Source: Octopus vulgaris
Lineage: Eukaryota
NCBI GenBank assembly: GCA_951406725.2
Contig: OX597820.1
Coordinates: forward strand, 91,450,001-91,514,000
DNA length: 64,000 bases
Direction of reading: 5' to 3'
Part shown: piece after piece, positions 13,312 through 25,757 of the stretch
Layout of the letters: the number at the start of each line of letters is the position of its first letter
How positions within the stretch are numbered: position 1 is the stretch's first letter
The notes under the pieces: generated by a model
The model's database searches: none
Told to the model about the DNA's origin: nothing
The model's input: the letters and a program-made list of their open reading frames with translations, nothing else
Program-made: the position numbers and the translations under genes

Positions 13312-13349
13312 CAGTTGAAAAGGTCTCAAAATGACCGAAACCGGTACTG
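13312..13349 (+). ncRNA. Minimal type I hammerhead ribozyme, U3-A8 core variant
   Basis: CAG-TTGAAAA-GGTC-tcaaaat-GACC-GAAA-CCGGTA-CTG. Stem I is CAG/CTG, stem II is GGTC/GACC, stem III is the palindrome ACCGGT, and the site is GUA. It lies in the PLE 3' end. Confidence 0.8.
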
Positions 13350-13397
13350 AAATGTTCTTTATAAAATTATTTTAGCATTTTCTATTTTGACTTGTTT

Positions 13398-13488
<91 letters not shown>

Positions 13489-13654
13489 TATATATGTATA
13501 TATAGCGTACATATACATATATATATATGCATACATTATATTGATAGATATAAAAGAACACGTACATACATACATACAAATGTGTATACTGCGTGGGTAT
13601 ATGTACGTGTGTATATACGTGTGGGTGTGTGTGTGCGTGAGTGTGAGTGTACAT

Positions 13655-13711
13655 GAAATGCAGAAATATTAAAAATATATTTGAAACATATTTTTAATAT
13701 TTCCGCATTTC
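13655..13711. repeat. Inverted repeat, 24-bp arms
   Basis: GAAATGCAGAAATATTAAAAATAT ... ATATTTTTAATATTTCCGCATTTC, with one mismatch. Confidence 0.8.
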
Positions 13712-13996
13712 TCTTTAAATGTAATTCCCATAAAGACGGAACTGAAACTGATCTCGAAAGTCATGTTAATTTTAGAGAGAGCGGCTGGCATTTAGTGCTT
13801 TGGCAGCTGATTCCGACACTCAAAATTTTATAATTACAGTGGGCAGAGATATTGAATCCCATCTCGGTTTCTATGTAAAACACACCGGGGAAACACTCAC
13901 ATACACACACACACACTTGCATTTATACCAATATACATACACGCGTACGTGCATATATACATACATACACATACATACATATATATATATATGTAC

Positions 13997-14027
<31 letters not shown>

Positions 14028-14029
14028 TA

Positions 14030-14414
14030 TCTCTATATATAAACGGCAGTTTGTCTGTGCGTGTTTCTGTGTGTCTGTTTTCTCGTACCCTCACTCTGAC
14101 CACGGCTTTCAACCGATTCTGATGAAACTTGACACACGCATAGCCCAATGTCATAATTCAAAACTAACGCAGCGAAAATTTTGAAAAGTTCCCCCAGTTC
14201 TGAAAAAAATCGATAAATTCGACATGGGGTCGAGAATAAAAAAAAACAAACCACAGACTGTCTAGGGGACGCAACTCAACCTTTTTTTACTCTCAAAAAA
14301 CAATTTACCATAATTTTTTTCCCATTTTTTTGCTATTTTTTGGCTATAACTCTCTAAAGATGCTTTATAGTTATTTCCCTTACAAACCTGAGCAACGCCG
14401 GGCGATACTGCTAG
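14030..14414 (+). mobile_element. Non-autonomous Helitron
   Basis: The 5' end is A|TC(TCTATATATAAA). The 3' end has the hairpin CCTGAGC-AAC-GCCGGG followed by CGATACTGCTAG|T. It is inserted between A and T in a TA tract with no TSD. Confidence 0.85.
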
Positions 14415-14494
14415 TATATATATATATGTACGCATATATATATATATATACTCACATACACACACATGTGAGTATATATAACAATACTGGCCCG

Positions 14495-14545
<51 letters not shown>

Positions 14546-16033
14546 CATATATATATACATACCTATATACATATACATATATGCATATATGTATATCTAT
14601 CTATACATCTATCTATCTGTATGTACATATACGCCAAAAAAGAAAAAGAGAAGCTTGGACGCAAGCGCACACATAGTGTGAATGTAATTGGATGATATAG
14701 CTACAAATCTGCCAGTCTTCTTTGGGAGGAAATATATTCTTACCTATAGCTCTTTTAACTTATAAACTAGCGTAATGTCCAATGAGTCAATGTCTACAAT
14801 AGTGTTAATGTTTAAAGTGTAAATCGTTGTGAGTTTAATATTATGAAAGTGTGAAATGTTGTCTTTAACTTCTTTCAGTCTCTGGACTGCAGTCATGCTC
14901 GGGCACTCTTTGAACAGGTTATTCGAGCAAATGGAACTTAGCATTTATTACATTGGTCTCGTTTTGCTGAACCACTTATCAGGTGAAGGAGGTCAAATAC
15001 AAACACAGAGACATACACGGGCACTCATAGATATAGAACCGTACATGTATATACATACATTTATGCATGAATACATACATACATCTATGCATGTATATAA
15101 AAAAAATACGCTTCTTTCCATTTATATCTATTAAATCCACTCATCGGTTAGGGGCAATAGTAGAAGACACTAACCCAACGTGTTATAACCTGGTCTAAAA
15201 CCCAAGACCTCATGGTAGAAAGCAAGTTTTGTCATGGCTACCGAATAATTGTCACACATTACACTTACAGATAAATTCCTCTATTTACATAATATCGAGG
15301 TCCCTTTCATTCTTTTGTTGTCTTTCCATTTTTATCAATATATATATATATATAAACCAGCTTAGAGAAGGAGAAGAAACGAAACGAAACGAATCGAATT
15401 GAATCGACGCGAGGGCGCCCAGTCATACAATAGTGTAATAAATAAAATGTATGCATACATACAAACATATATGTACGTACCTACATCTACATGTATATAT
15501 ACATGCATATATAAATATATATACGTGTGTACAGGACACAACAAATAGACGTAGAACACAACGGGAAATGAAAAAGTAAAAACACACATATATATTCGAC
15601 AGGACGTCATAGTTTCCCTCTACGAAATTCTCTCACAAGTCACTGATTGGTCCGAAGCTATGGGAGAAGAAACTTGGGCACTGTCCTGCTAATTGGAGCT
15701 GAACCCGAGACTAGTTGGTTGCAAAGTGATCTTACTCATGACATAGGCATGTCTGTTTATAGACTATACAGTATTGCTACATAGTATATATGATATGCAC
15801 AACACAGGATGAATCAGAACTATCGAAATAGATTTAGATGTTAGATACACTTACCTGATATAACGAACTATAATCAGACTGTAAAGCATTGCTTTTATGC
15901 TTTCGATATGCAGGAGCTGGTAGTTTCTCGGTGAGCTGTTCCGCGCTATCTTAATTGCTTTGTATATTATTTGTGAGTCCGTGAGTGTGTGTGTGTGTGT
16001 GTGTGCGCGCGCGCCTGTGTGTATTTATATCTG

Positions 16034-16367
16034 AGACCCCTTCGGTCACGACACAGACCATGGGATTGCACCTAAAAAGTTACCCTCCCAGGCACAGTTC
16101 CGGGCAAGGTTATTTATGGAAGACAAGCAGTCGCCCATGCATACCGGTCTCCCCTCTCCACGCCACCAGTGTTATCCAAGGGAAAGATAAAGGCTGATAC
16201 AGCTTGGTACCTGTGACGCCGCAACTCATTTTTACAGCTGAGTGAACTGGAGCAACGTGAAATAAAGTGTCTTGCTCAAGAACATAACACGCAGCCCGGT
16301 CTGGGATTCGAGCTCACAACCTCACGATCGTAAGCTCAACGCTCTAACCACTGAGCCATGCGTCTTC
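16034..16367 (-). mobile_element. SINE family B, full length
   Basis: Colinear with and highly similar to 10006-10342. Confidence 0.9.
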
Positions 16368-16954
16368 ACATTTATATATATATATATATATATATACACA
16401 TACACACACACAAACATATATATATATATATATAATGTGGAAATATATGCACATATATAATCAAACCATGCACACACTCATACAAACACACTCACATATA
16501 TATGTATACATTTATATATCTATATAGATGCACAGACGCACAGGGGTGTGGTTGCACAAAGAAAATTAGAATTTAATATATTTATGTACAACATATACAT
16601 ATTTATGTGCATCAATACATATATTAATGTTTGTTTTTGTGTTATAATGAAAGCAATTTAACATTGAACTGAAGTATTATACACTACTTTCGGTACAGTA
16701 CAAATTTATCATTATAAAAAGTATTATTCAGAATGACTTCGAAATTTTGGCCCAAATTTAATCAATCAAAATTGTGCATCACATCCTAACCGTAAATCCC
16801 ACTCTCTTTCAACTGAGCTCAATGGCTTAGCTGGTCGAGTGTGTGTGTATGTGTTTGTGCGTGATTTTATGGCTGTGTGTGTTTTTGTGTGAGTGATTGT
16901 GTGCATGTGTACGTGCACATTTTTGTTTGTTTCTGTGGGTGTGTGACCTGTACC

Positions 16955-17132
16955 TGTAACTTAAAAGGGCCAGTATTGTTACTCTCTGTATCATTCAGAA
17001 TCCAACTGTGAACTACGCTATGAGTAAGCGTCTGTGTAGAGTACTCAGCCGCCACTTGCAAGTTAGTTGCATAAAGAGGGTATTCAGTTGATCGGATCAA
17101 TTGGTACAGATATTGAAACCGACGGAATGCCA
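16955..17132 (+). mobile_element. SINE family A, 5'-truncated and diverged
   Basis: GAACTACG...GTACTCAGCC...GTTGATCGGATCAA...AACCGACGGAATGCC matches 6900-7020. Confidence 0.65.
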
Positions 17133-17780
17133 GTTTGTGTGTGTCTGTCTCTGTGTCATTATTTCTGTCTCTGTGTATGTATATATATTGTGTACTGAAT
17201 TCTGAACCGTGCTTCCATTCTTTGGAAGAAAGAAACATCATTGTTGCTGGGGAACATCTGTATTTCTTGAGAGTAAAATAAATTAAATAAATTCATTATA
17301 TCATCTTCGTATAATTGTTTAATTTTCTATTGCTGGTTGTCACACTTCAACTATGAACCCCTAAATATTGGTAGATAGAAGTTACCACACAGATTTTGTA
17401 GGAACGTCTTCAGTTCAATATTTCTGACGAGCATATCACATTAATTACATAAAAAAAGCATGCAGTTTGGAAAGACGGAGAGAGGGATAGATAGCTGTCT
17501 TGCGGGAGTATTTAGCCAAAGTACAGTCATTTTTGGTAATGTTGTATCTGTTACGTAGCGATACAAAATTACTTTAACCAGATTTAGTTAGTTGAAGCAA
17601 TAGTAATTTATTGTCCTGGCGTTCTAACTGTTTTTAGTAAACCGGTGCTAAGTTGTCCTGCTGTATTTTATTGAATACAATTCGAAATTTTTTTCAATAT
17701 TTTACTTTTCTGTACATAAATGGCATCAGATAATTGGAAATGCATTATTTCACAAAAACTCTTGTAAATTTCATATATAT

Positions 17781-17939
17781 AGGAATGGCTGTGTAGTAAG
17801 ACGTTTGCGTCTCAACGGCATGGTTCCGGGGAGTGTTCCATTGCGTGGAACCTTGGGGAAGTATATGCTACTATAGCCTTGGCCGACCAAAGCCTTGTTA
17901 TTGCATATGCTAGACAGTAACTGAAAGAATCCCGTCGTG

Positions 17940-18015
<76 letters not shown>

Positions 18016-18240
18016 CACACATTCACAAGACATACACACACATATAGGTATGTATGTATTTGTGTGTCTGTGTTCTTGTTCTCCCCACCACCATCGCTAG
18101 ACAACTGATATGGGTGTGTTTATGTTTCCGTCACTTAGTGGTTCGGCAAAGAGACCAATAGAATAGGTACTAGGCTTACAAAGGATAAGTTTTGGGGTCC
18201 AGCATGGCCGCAGTCAAATGACTGAAACAAGTAAAATAAT
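17781..18240 (+). mobile_element. tRNA-derived SINE family C with internal (TA)n/(TG)n microsatellite
   Basis: Head GGCTGTGTAGTAAG...GGTTCCGGG, an internal TA tract, and the 3' end CCAGCATGGCCGCAGTCAAATGACTGAAACAAGTAAAA shared with other copies. Confidence 0.85.
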
Positions 18241-18277
18241 CAAAGAATATATATGTAATAATAATAATAATAATAAT

Positions 18278-18472
18278 CCTTTCTACTATAGGCACAAGGT
18301 CTGAAATTTGGAGGAGGAGACTATTTTTTTACATCAACCCCAGTGGTAACTGGTACTTATTTAATCGACCCCGAAAGGATGAAAGGCAAAGTCGACTTCG
18401 GCGGAATTTGAATTCAGAACGTAGCGGCAGATAAGCATTTCGTCCAGTATGCTGACGATTCTGTCAGCTCAA
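18278..18472 (-). mobile_element. tRNA-derived MetaSINE-type family D
   Basis: Contains the reverse complement of GTCGACTTTGCCTTTCATCCTTTCGGGGTCGAT..AAGTACCAG. The tail is CCTTGTGCCTATAGTAGAAAGG(ATT)n. Confidence 0.85.
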
Positions 18473-18909
18473 CATCTTAATGCTGCTGCTGCTGATGATG
18501 ATGATAATAAGTAGAAGAACAACAGCAACAATAACAGCAACAACAACAACAATAGCAACAACAATAATAAACAATAACTTTGATGTGTGCGTGTGTGTGT
18601 TTATATGTATGTATGTGCGTATTTGTGTGTGTATGCGTATGTATAGGAAGAATAAGGATTCAAAAAATCAAACAAGGCTTACATGAAGCTACACGGCGGG
18701 TGCCCAGCTATTGAGAAAAACTGGGGCTAAGATTAGGAGGAAATTTCACTGTCTTTTTGGAAATACAGGAATCAAAATAGTTGAGATGTATGAAAGACAA
18801 AGAAACTTTTAAATAATTGGGGAAATATAGAAATAAAGACGCAAGTAAAGCCTGTCCAGAAAACCCCCATAAATATAATTACGAAGCAAATTTATATTTA
18901 TGGATGTGT

Positions 18910-19098
18910 CTAAGTAATTAAGTGTTTAGCAACGATTTGCCCACCACACACCGAATTTAGAAATAGCAGTCAAAAGGTTTTGGCTATTCTTTCTACTTTC
19001 TTCTTTCTAAGTAGAAAGAATAACCAAAACTTTTTGACTGCTATTTCTAAATTCGGTGTGTGGTGAGGCAAATCGTTGCTAAACCCTTAATTACTTAG
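18910..19098. repeat. Long near-perfect inverted repeat (about 89-bp arms, 10-nt loop)
   Basis: 18910-18998 is the reverse complement of 19009-19098 with only a few mismatches. Confidence 0.95.
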
Positions 19099-19196
19099 TA
19101 TTACTTAAACCTTCCTTGAATGGGACTTTTACATGCCGAACTCTACTTAGTGAAATTAATGATTATTTCTAAATTAATTAGTTTCACCCTTATTAT

Positions 19197-19235
<39 letters not shown>

Positions 19236-19239
<4 letters not shown>

Positions 19240-19351
19240 CAAAATAGTGGTTTTGTCTCGAATTATATTATATAATATCTTACTATAAAATTGGATTTAA
19301 TCCTAAATCTGATTTTTCCCTGTAAATTTGGATTTATTCCCTAATATTTAT

Positions 19352-19383
<32 letters not shown>

Positions 19384-19615
19384 TTAGAGACAAAACCACT
19401 ATTTTGCAAAACAAACAAGGAAAGACTTAATCAATACATACAATTTTAATAAAATGTCAAAAAAACCGCCACTACAATTGTTTCTTGTCCTGATCGACAA
19501 TCTTCAGGTGGACTTCCAATTTTCAAGTCAGTTTCAAATTACTATAAAATTGGATTTAATCCTAAATCTGATTTTTTCCCTGTAAATTTGGATTTATTCC
19601 CTAATATTTATTATT
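19236..19615 (-). mobile_element. PLE pseudo-LTR / retrozyme-like element with direct and inverted partial duplications
   Basis: There is a direct repeat of about 75 bp (19280-19355 and 19539-19615) and an inverted copy of about 35 bp (19236-19270 vs 19376-19410). It contains an internal hammerhead and has TA tracts on both flanks. Confidence 0.75.
19469..19511 (-). ncRNA. Minimal type I hammerhead ribozyme, canonical core
   Basis: Minus strand: CCAC-CTGAAGA-TTGTC-gatcag-GACAA-GAAA-CAATTGTA-GTGG. Stems I and II are perfect, stem III is the palindrome ACAATTGT, and the site is GUA. Confidence 0.9.
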
Positions 19616-19859
19616 ATATATATATATATATATATACACACGTGGGGCAGATTTTGTTGCGTAAATTATGTAACTGACACCGTTTTCTGCTGATGGAATA
19701 AAACATTTTTTCCTCTACTTCCTGAGCCTAAGGCATCAATAATTATTGGTACAATATACATGTTTTTGTTAGCCGTAGCCTTTCGATTTCTCCCCTGAGG
19801 GCTTCATATCACATCATCTTTTCTCTGTTTTCGACGACTCTGCTGTTTCAAGGGCAAGC

Positions 19860-20140
19860 GGTTCAGCTATATGATCACACTGGATCATGGAGTCCCAAGG
19901 AATCATTGCACTACCATTTTCTACCACATCCTTTGATTCACGTTCATACCGTTCTCTCTTTTCAGTTCTAACCTGTTACATAGTTCCCAGTCAATCACAC
20001 TGTTGAAATTGTATTCCTCTCATGTCCTCTCTTGTATTCTTTCTGGGCGAATTAACTGATTTCGCTTACAATATGCTAGTCTGTCTCTACAACGGGAATA
20101 GCACCAACGCTGTTTCCAGTCCAATTTAAGCTGTTATCTA
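19860..20140 (-). mobile_element. Degraded R4/Dong-type LINE C-terminal fragment
   Basis: Minus-strand remnants HIVSE..AQKEYKRGH...IDWELCNRLEL...VVENGSAMIPWDSMIQCDH parallel the region at 51358-51612. Confidence 0.65.
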
Positions 20141-20518
20141 TTACATTTCTTACAGACATATCACTCAAAGAAGCTGTTTAAGTAGAAATGTTTGTGATAC
20201 CCGTAATACATGAATCACCAGCGAAGCTTCAGTCACAATGCCCACTGTCTTTATAAGATAGTGGGCACTATGACTAGACTGTCATATTTTAAAGGAAAAA
20301 TGTTGATCGACGAGAGTGACTTGTGTCTTTAATCCTCGTGCTTGGCTTCCTAATACGTATTGTTTTAGAAAATGTGCTTTTGATAATGTAAAACAGACTG
20401 TTTTTGAGTTTTACAGACAGTAATTTTCGTAGGATATGAACAGACCTCATAATACTATTTTCGAACATTCTTTCATTTGTAGGATTCCTGGGATTTGAGA
20501 TAGTTAATAATAATCCCC

Positions 20519-20581
<63 letters not shown>
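20519..20581. repeat. (ATT)n microsatellite
   Basis: Directly visible tandem repeat. Confidence 0.95.
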
Positions 20582-20582
<1 letters not shown>

Positions 20583-20599
20583 AAATATTATTTTTAAAG

Positions 20600-20808
20600 T
20601 AGTTAACTGGCAGAAACGTTAGCACACTGAACAAAACGGTTGGTGACATTTCGCCCGTCTTTTCTTACTGAGTTCAATTCCGCCCAGGTGGTCATCCTTA
20701 CGTTCTTTCCGGATCGTTAAAATAAGTACCAGTTAAGAACTAGCGTCGATGTGATCAACTGATCCTCCCGCAAAATGTCAGGCTTTGTTCATATTGCAGA
20801 AAGGATTA
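20600..20808 (+). mobile_element. SINE family D, diverged
   Basis: CTGGCAGAAACGTTAGCAC...GAGTTCAATTCCGCC...AATAAGTACCAG...AGAAAGGATTATT. Confidence 0.75.
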
Positions 20809-23384
20809 TTATTGTTGTTATTATTATATTTATATTTTAGTTTGATTTGGTGGCATTTTATTTACTAACCGGCTCTCTGCTCGCAACCTAAGTTTAGTAA
20901 CTATATTGTAACGATAAAAATTTTCTCAAGTGATGGCTATTGAGATCAGTGCAATCTTCTAGACATCGGATATATTTAACTTTCCGGGTTGGTTTAAAGA
21001 CCTTGATTTAATCATGTGTTATACCAATGTCTATCTCGAGGTCCTTGCATTTAGTTAGCTTTTTGAATTCTTTGAATGAGATATTTCGAACAGCTATTAA
21101 ATAAAATTGTCGGTGATATGTAGCTTTGTTTAATATTCTAACAAGGAAAGAAAATTCATATTTCATAAAAAATTATTGTTTGTAGTAAAGTACAGAGAAA
21201 GCTGAAATGATTAATACAGCAGAATGAAAATATAATGACTTTATACAATCGAGCGGTTGTTGATTTTTATATATCTACAAAAATAAGTATTTTGATAGAA
21301 TTTTTAATGCGAGTAGTATTTCAAGATCTTCGTTTCTGCTGATTTTAATCCATTTTCAAGTCTTCTTCTGAAAGACTATCCCAATATTTATAGGAATCTT
21401 TGCTTTAAATTTCTTGTAAAATGTAGATTAATAAGTAATTGATTGACGTTTATTGAGATAGAAAATCTCATCTGCAACAATGATATATTCTGTAAGACTA
21501 CTATCACTACTTTGGCAAATGTCATTAAATTCTATAATACTTATATTCTCTCACTTCTATACATTCTATAGCATCAAAAGTTATATTCACATCTGTTATG
21601 CTCACCATCACTAACCACTTATAATGCCTGAACTTACGATTATCGTCAAAACTTGCATAATTAAATCTGTCTTTTAATAGCCTTTTGTAGTTGTTTGTCA
21701 GAATGTATATTTACATGTATGTGTATAAGTATGTGTATATGTATGTATGCATGTGTGTTTACAATAGTTTATCACCAATATTACTTTCATTTCTTTCACA
21801 GTTGGATTAACTAAGAAAGTGTTGCCTATAATGTAATATTTATAGTGAATAATCATACTTGGATTCAATCTTACTATTTATTTCCAATCCTCGATCACCC
21901 AGTATAATCGACGACAGAAAACTAAGGTATAATAAGCCCTTGTAACGTATCAAATGATAGATAATAAAAATTTAGGCTACATTCATCTTGAATAGGTTTG
22001 AATACGAAAGAGCTAAGGAGAATAATGTAATTTGCAAAAGTATGATTGTCTGTTTTGACAAGATTATGATTAAAAATACGCAGAATCATAACCGTTAAGA
22101 GAAGAAGCCTAAGGGTTCCTAATATATACATATATAAGACAGTATTCTCTATTTTTAGTCATTCTTCAGTTTCAATGCATAAGAGTACGCTTTGCATTAT
22201 TAATAATTGCTTATATCAGTTATCTTTCCACCCTTAAATAATTCGCTTTTCAATCACAATGGTTGTTAAGCAGGAATATTGTTTTATATTATGCCTTTAC
22301 CTAACAATGTCCTAGATGACACATTGCCTTAAAATACTCAACTATTCTTTTCTGTATTCACAATAATTATTCAAGTATTGTGTGTGAACACTCAATATAG
22401 AACTAGATAGATAATTAGGAGTAATTATATAAGGACTAGGAATGAAATGTCTTTTGCAGCAGAAATGTATATTTTTTCCATCTACATTCAAGTACCAACT
22501 CTGAACAAGGAATAAAATAGATGCACTATACTGCCATATACGCCATATGAAACAATGTGAAAATTAGATTTTAGTTGCAGAAAAGCACTTAGTGAAATCT
22601 TCTGTTCGGAACTGACTACCACTTATAAGGAATTCGCTTCTGTCCTCCGAATTTTGAGTTCAATTCTGTCGAGATTAACTTCTCGACTCATTACATTTAC
22701 GACGAAAATAAAATTAATATGACTAATATACTTGGGCAAATTCAGTTAGTTGAATTTACACCTAAATAATAAACAAATAATAAGTTTACAATAAATTATT
22801 GGAGTGAGTCTCAAAATACTTCTCTAGCAATTGTATAAACAAAAACTTACCGTGAAATCTCTTGACATCATAAATTATAACGTTGGAAAGTTGAATGCGG
22901 CAATAAAATATTAAGTTATTACATAGACAACAAAAAGCTTATGCTAACTCATATATTACAAGTATTTTCCATCCACTGGGTATGAAATGTTTCAAATAAA
23001 TTTTGCTAAAATATTGAAATACGCATTAACTACAAAAGATACTGTGTTAATATAAACACCCCCCACACATATATATATAAATTTACATGACAAGTTTGCA
23101 TTCAAATATTTCTTCTTAATAACCGTGTACACAAATGTCAATACCACTGGAACATCTATCGGATTCAGTGGAATATATTAAGCTTGAAAATCAGAAGAGC
23201 AATTTTAGTTTTGCTCATGTCTTGGAATATTTAAAACGATACAATAATTATGGTTTAGAAATGTCGTTTCGGATTATGCAGACTACACACACACACACAC
23301 ATACACACACACAAACACACACACACACAAGCACAAACATACACACGCATACAGACACACACACACACAGACACACACACACAC

Positions 23385-23440
<56 letters not shown>

Positions 23441-24991
23441 GTATATATATATACATACATATATATAATATAGATATGTAGGAGTGTGTGTGATTGTATG
23501 TATATATATATATATATATACATATATATACATATATATACATTCTTCTAGACCAGGAATTAATGTATCTTCTTTCAAATACTCATTCAAATTATACAAT
23601 GAACTGGATTTATAAAAAAGAAAATTTGCAAGTGTTCATTCGAAATATCCCTCTATCTAAACTTATTTACGAACAGGTTGCTGGCCTGCCAATTATTTCA
23701 TCTACACTTGTTGACCTTGCATGATCATTCGTCCAATTTATTATAATAAACAATATTTTATAAATTTAACCGGCATTAATGGTATCATGAACACTAGTAA
23801 AATAATGATATCGATCTAAATTCTTTCGAAATAACTTTACAAATTATTTCTGCATGTTTAAATCTTGTTATTCATTGAAACTGATTTTCCAATTTGTTTT
23901 ATTGCAATCATTTGTATAAATCATTCCATTAAATTTTACCAGGAGACCAAACATATACTATTAGCCATTTACGAATTTAATGACAAATGAAATACATCAC
24001 TTCGTAGATGAATAAAATACATCACTTATCATGTTGCATTAACTAAATTATATACATGGTGCACGATATCATCAGTGAAACCAATAAGATAATTAGTAGT
24101 AAAATATATTATAATTTCTCCCACAGGAGTACGATATATTACATATATAGAACTACTTTTTCTCCATTAGCTTTAAAATAGCAATGAAGTAAATATTATA
24201 TACAATCACTTTCTTCGAATGTATTGCTCATCGGTGATTTTTCTCAATTATCGTCATTAATTGACGATAATTTGTTAAACACGATTTCATTTATAAGTAC
24301 GAATTTTGGGTTTTAATTCTTCTAAGCAACAAATAAGTTACTGATGTGCCACTTTTACCAATGACATATATTATCAATTTCATTTTTATTTAGATGAATG
24401 CATATTTTCATTACTTCACATATGCAATTTAATTTATATTATTGTTTACAATCGTAAGGCGTAGGTTTGATAAAACTATAAGATATGTTTGTTTTTTTTC
24501 AAAATAGAGAACAAAGCAATATAAATGTTTTCTGTGAGGAAATGTTTCAGATGCCTAACGTGAATATGCAAAGTTTATATATCCTATGAATATTCCAAAA
24601 TAGTTATCACTTCTGATAGCAACTGAAGGAGATCCTTATGCTTTTAGTAAAGAAATCTGCAAACAGATATCTAAAAAGACTGGAGTTCGAAAATGCAGTT
24701 ATCAGTTCCTTTATAAAAAAAATAAAGATTTATCAGGCAGTTAGCATCTTACAATAATTGAATATACATTTGATAAAAGTGATATTGAGAAAAAAGGGCA
24801 TTTAAAAGCATGAGAAGGAAAAACATGCTATTTTCCTAAAAGAAAGTGAGTTAAGATTATAGAAAAAAAAGGATTAAATTAAATAAAACAAAATAAAATA
24901 AAATAAAATAGAATAGAATAAAATAAGTAAGGATAAATGAAAATCTTCTGAAACGCCATACTCTGGAATGATGAAGCGGATTATAGAGTAA

Positions 24992-25215
24992 GAGCTGGCA
25001 GAATCGTTAGCACGCCGGGCGAAATGCGTAGCCGTATTTCGTCTGCTGTTACGTTCTGAGTTCAAATCCCGCCGAGGACGACTTTGCCTTTCATCCTTTC
25101 GGGGTCGATAAATTAAGTACCAGTTACGCACTGGGTCGATGTAATCGACTTAATTCGTTTGTCTGTCCTTGTTTGTCCCCTCTGTGTTTGGCCCCTTGTG
25201 GCTAATAAAGAAACA
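24992..25215 (+). mobile_element. SINE family D (MetaSINE-type), young copy with TSD
   Basis: Intact head, Meta-like block and CCCCTTGTGG..AATAAAGAAA tail. It is flanked by the direct repeat TATAGAGTAAGA (24982-24993 and 25216-25227). Confidence 0.9.
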
Positions 25216-25303
25216 TATAGAGTAAGATAAATTACAGTAATCCAAATATAGTTAAGCTATAATGTGTTTAAGGATTAATGATTTTATGTTTATATATTTT
25301 TAG

Positions 25304-25440
25304 GTCCAAGATACTGGGGTCTACTGAATCCTGAGTGGAAAATGTGCAGTGAAGGGAAACAACAATCTCCAATTGACATCCAGCCCAAATATATGTTGTT
25401 TGATCCGAATTTGAAACATATTGTAATAAACAAAATTAAG
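25304..25440 (+). CDS. CA10: Internal coding exon of an alpha-carbonic anhydrase, CA-related protein 10/11 (CARP)-like
   Basis: The acceptor is ttttTAG (AG at 25302-25303) and the donor is GTAGAG at 25441. The 137-nt exon (phase 1 in, phase 0 out) reads (G)PRYWGLLNPEWKMCSEGKQQSPIDIQPKYMLFDPNLKHIVINKIK. It contains the alpha-CA motif GxxQSPIDI and the CARP-X-type GPxxWGLxNxxWxxC...FDPxL. It is absent from the ORF track. Confidence 0.9.
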
Positions 25441-25757
25441 GTAGAGTACGAAATATATTATTAAATGTTTTGCATAACTTTTATTACTGAAATGTAAAAA
25501 AAAAAAAAATAGGGCAATTCCAAAGTACTGAGAGTTATATACTTTTACTGTGTACTGTTATAAATATACAATTTATTAAAAGTTTAAACTCATTGATGCA
25601 CAGAATATTGTACGTTACAATCAATTTATGTTTGTTTTATATGTTCTATAATAAAGGGATTTATTATAATAGACCATAATTATTGTGAAAATGTGGAGAA
25701 AAAGCAATATGCTTGCTCACATGATATTTAATTTCTAACAAGTTAATAAATTATATT

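Larger units (their letters stand above)
11912..13400 (+). mobile_element. 5'-truncated Penelope-like element (Neptune-type): linker + GIY-YIG endonuclease + 3' pseudo-LTR
   Basis: After the TA tract, ORF 11791-12444 reads LPYISTHNP...KRQPKSMKSLL...CRRPNCGIC...FTCASENLIYSLTCSGCQEQYVDQTKNSLRKRMALH (Cys knuckle + GIY-YIG). A premature stop follows, then a (CAT)/(CTT) tract and a hammerhead near the end. TA tracts flank both sides. Confidence 0.9.

Noticed and set aside
21790-21840. Strong splice acceptor-like TTTCTTTCACAG as a further CA exon
   Set aside because: The downstream frames contain stops or have no carbonic anhydrase similarity. A non-coding exon cannot be excluded without RNA data.
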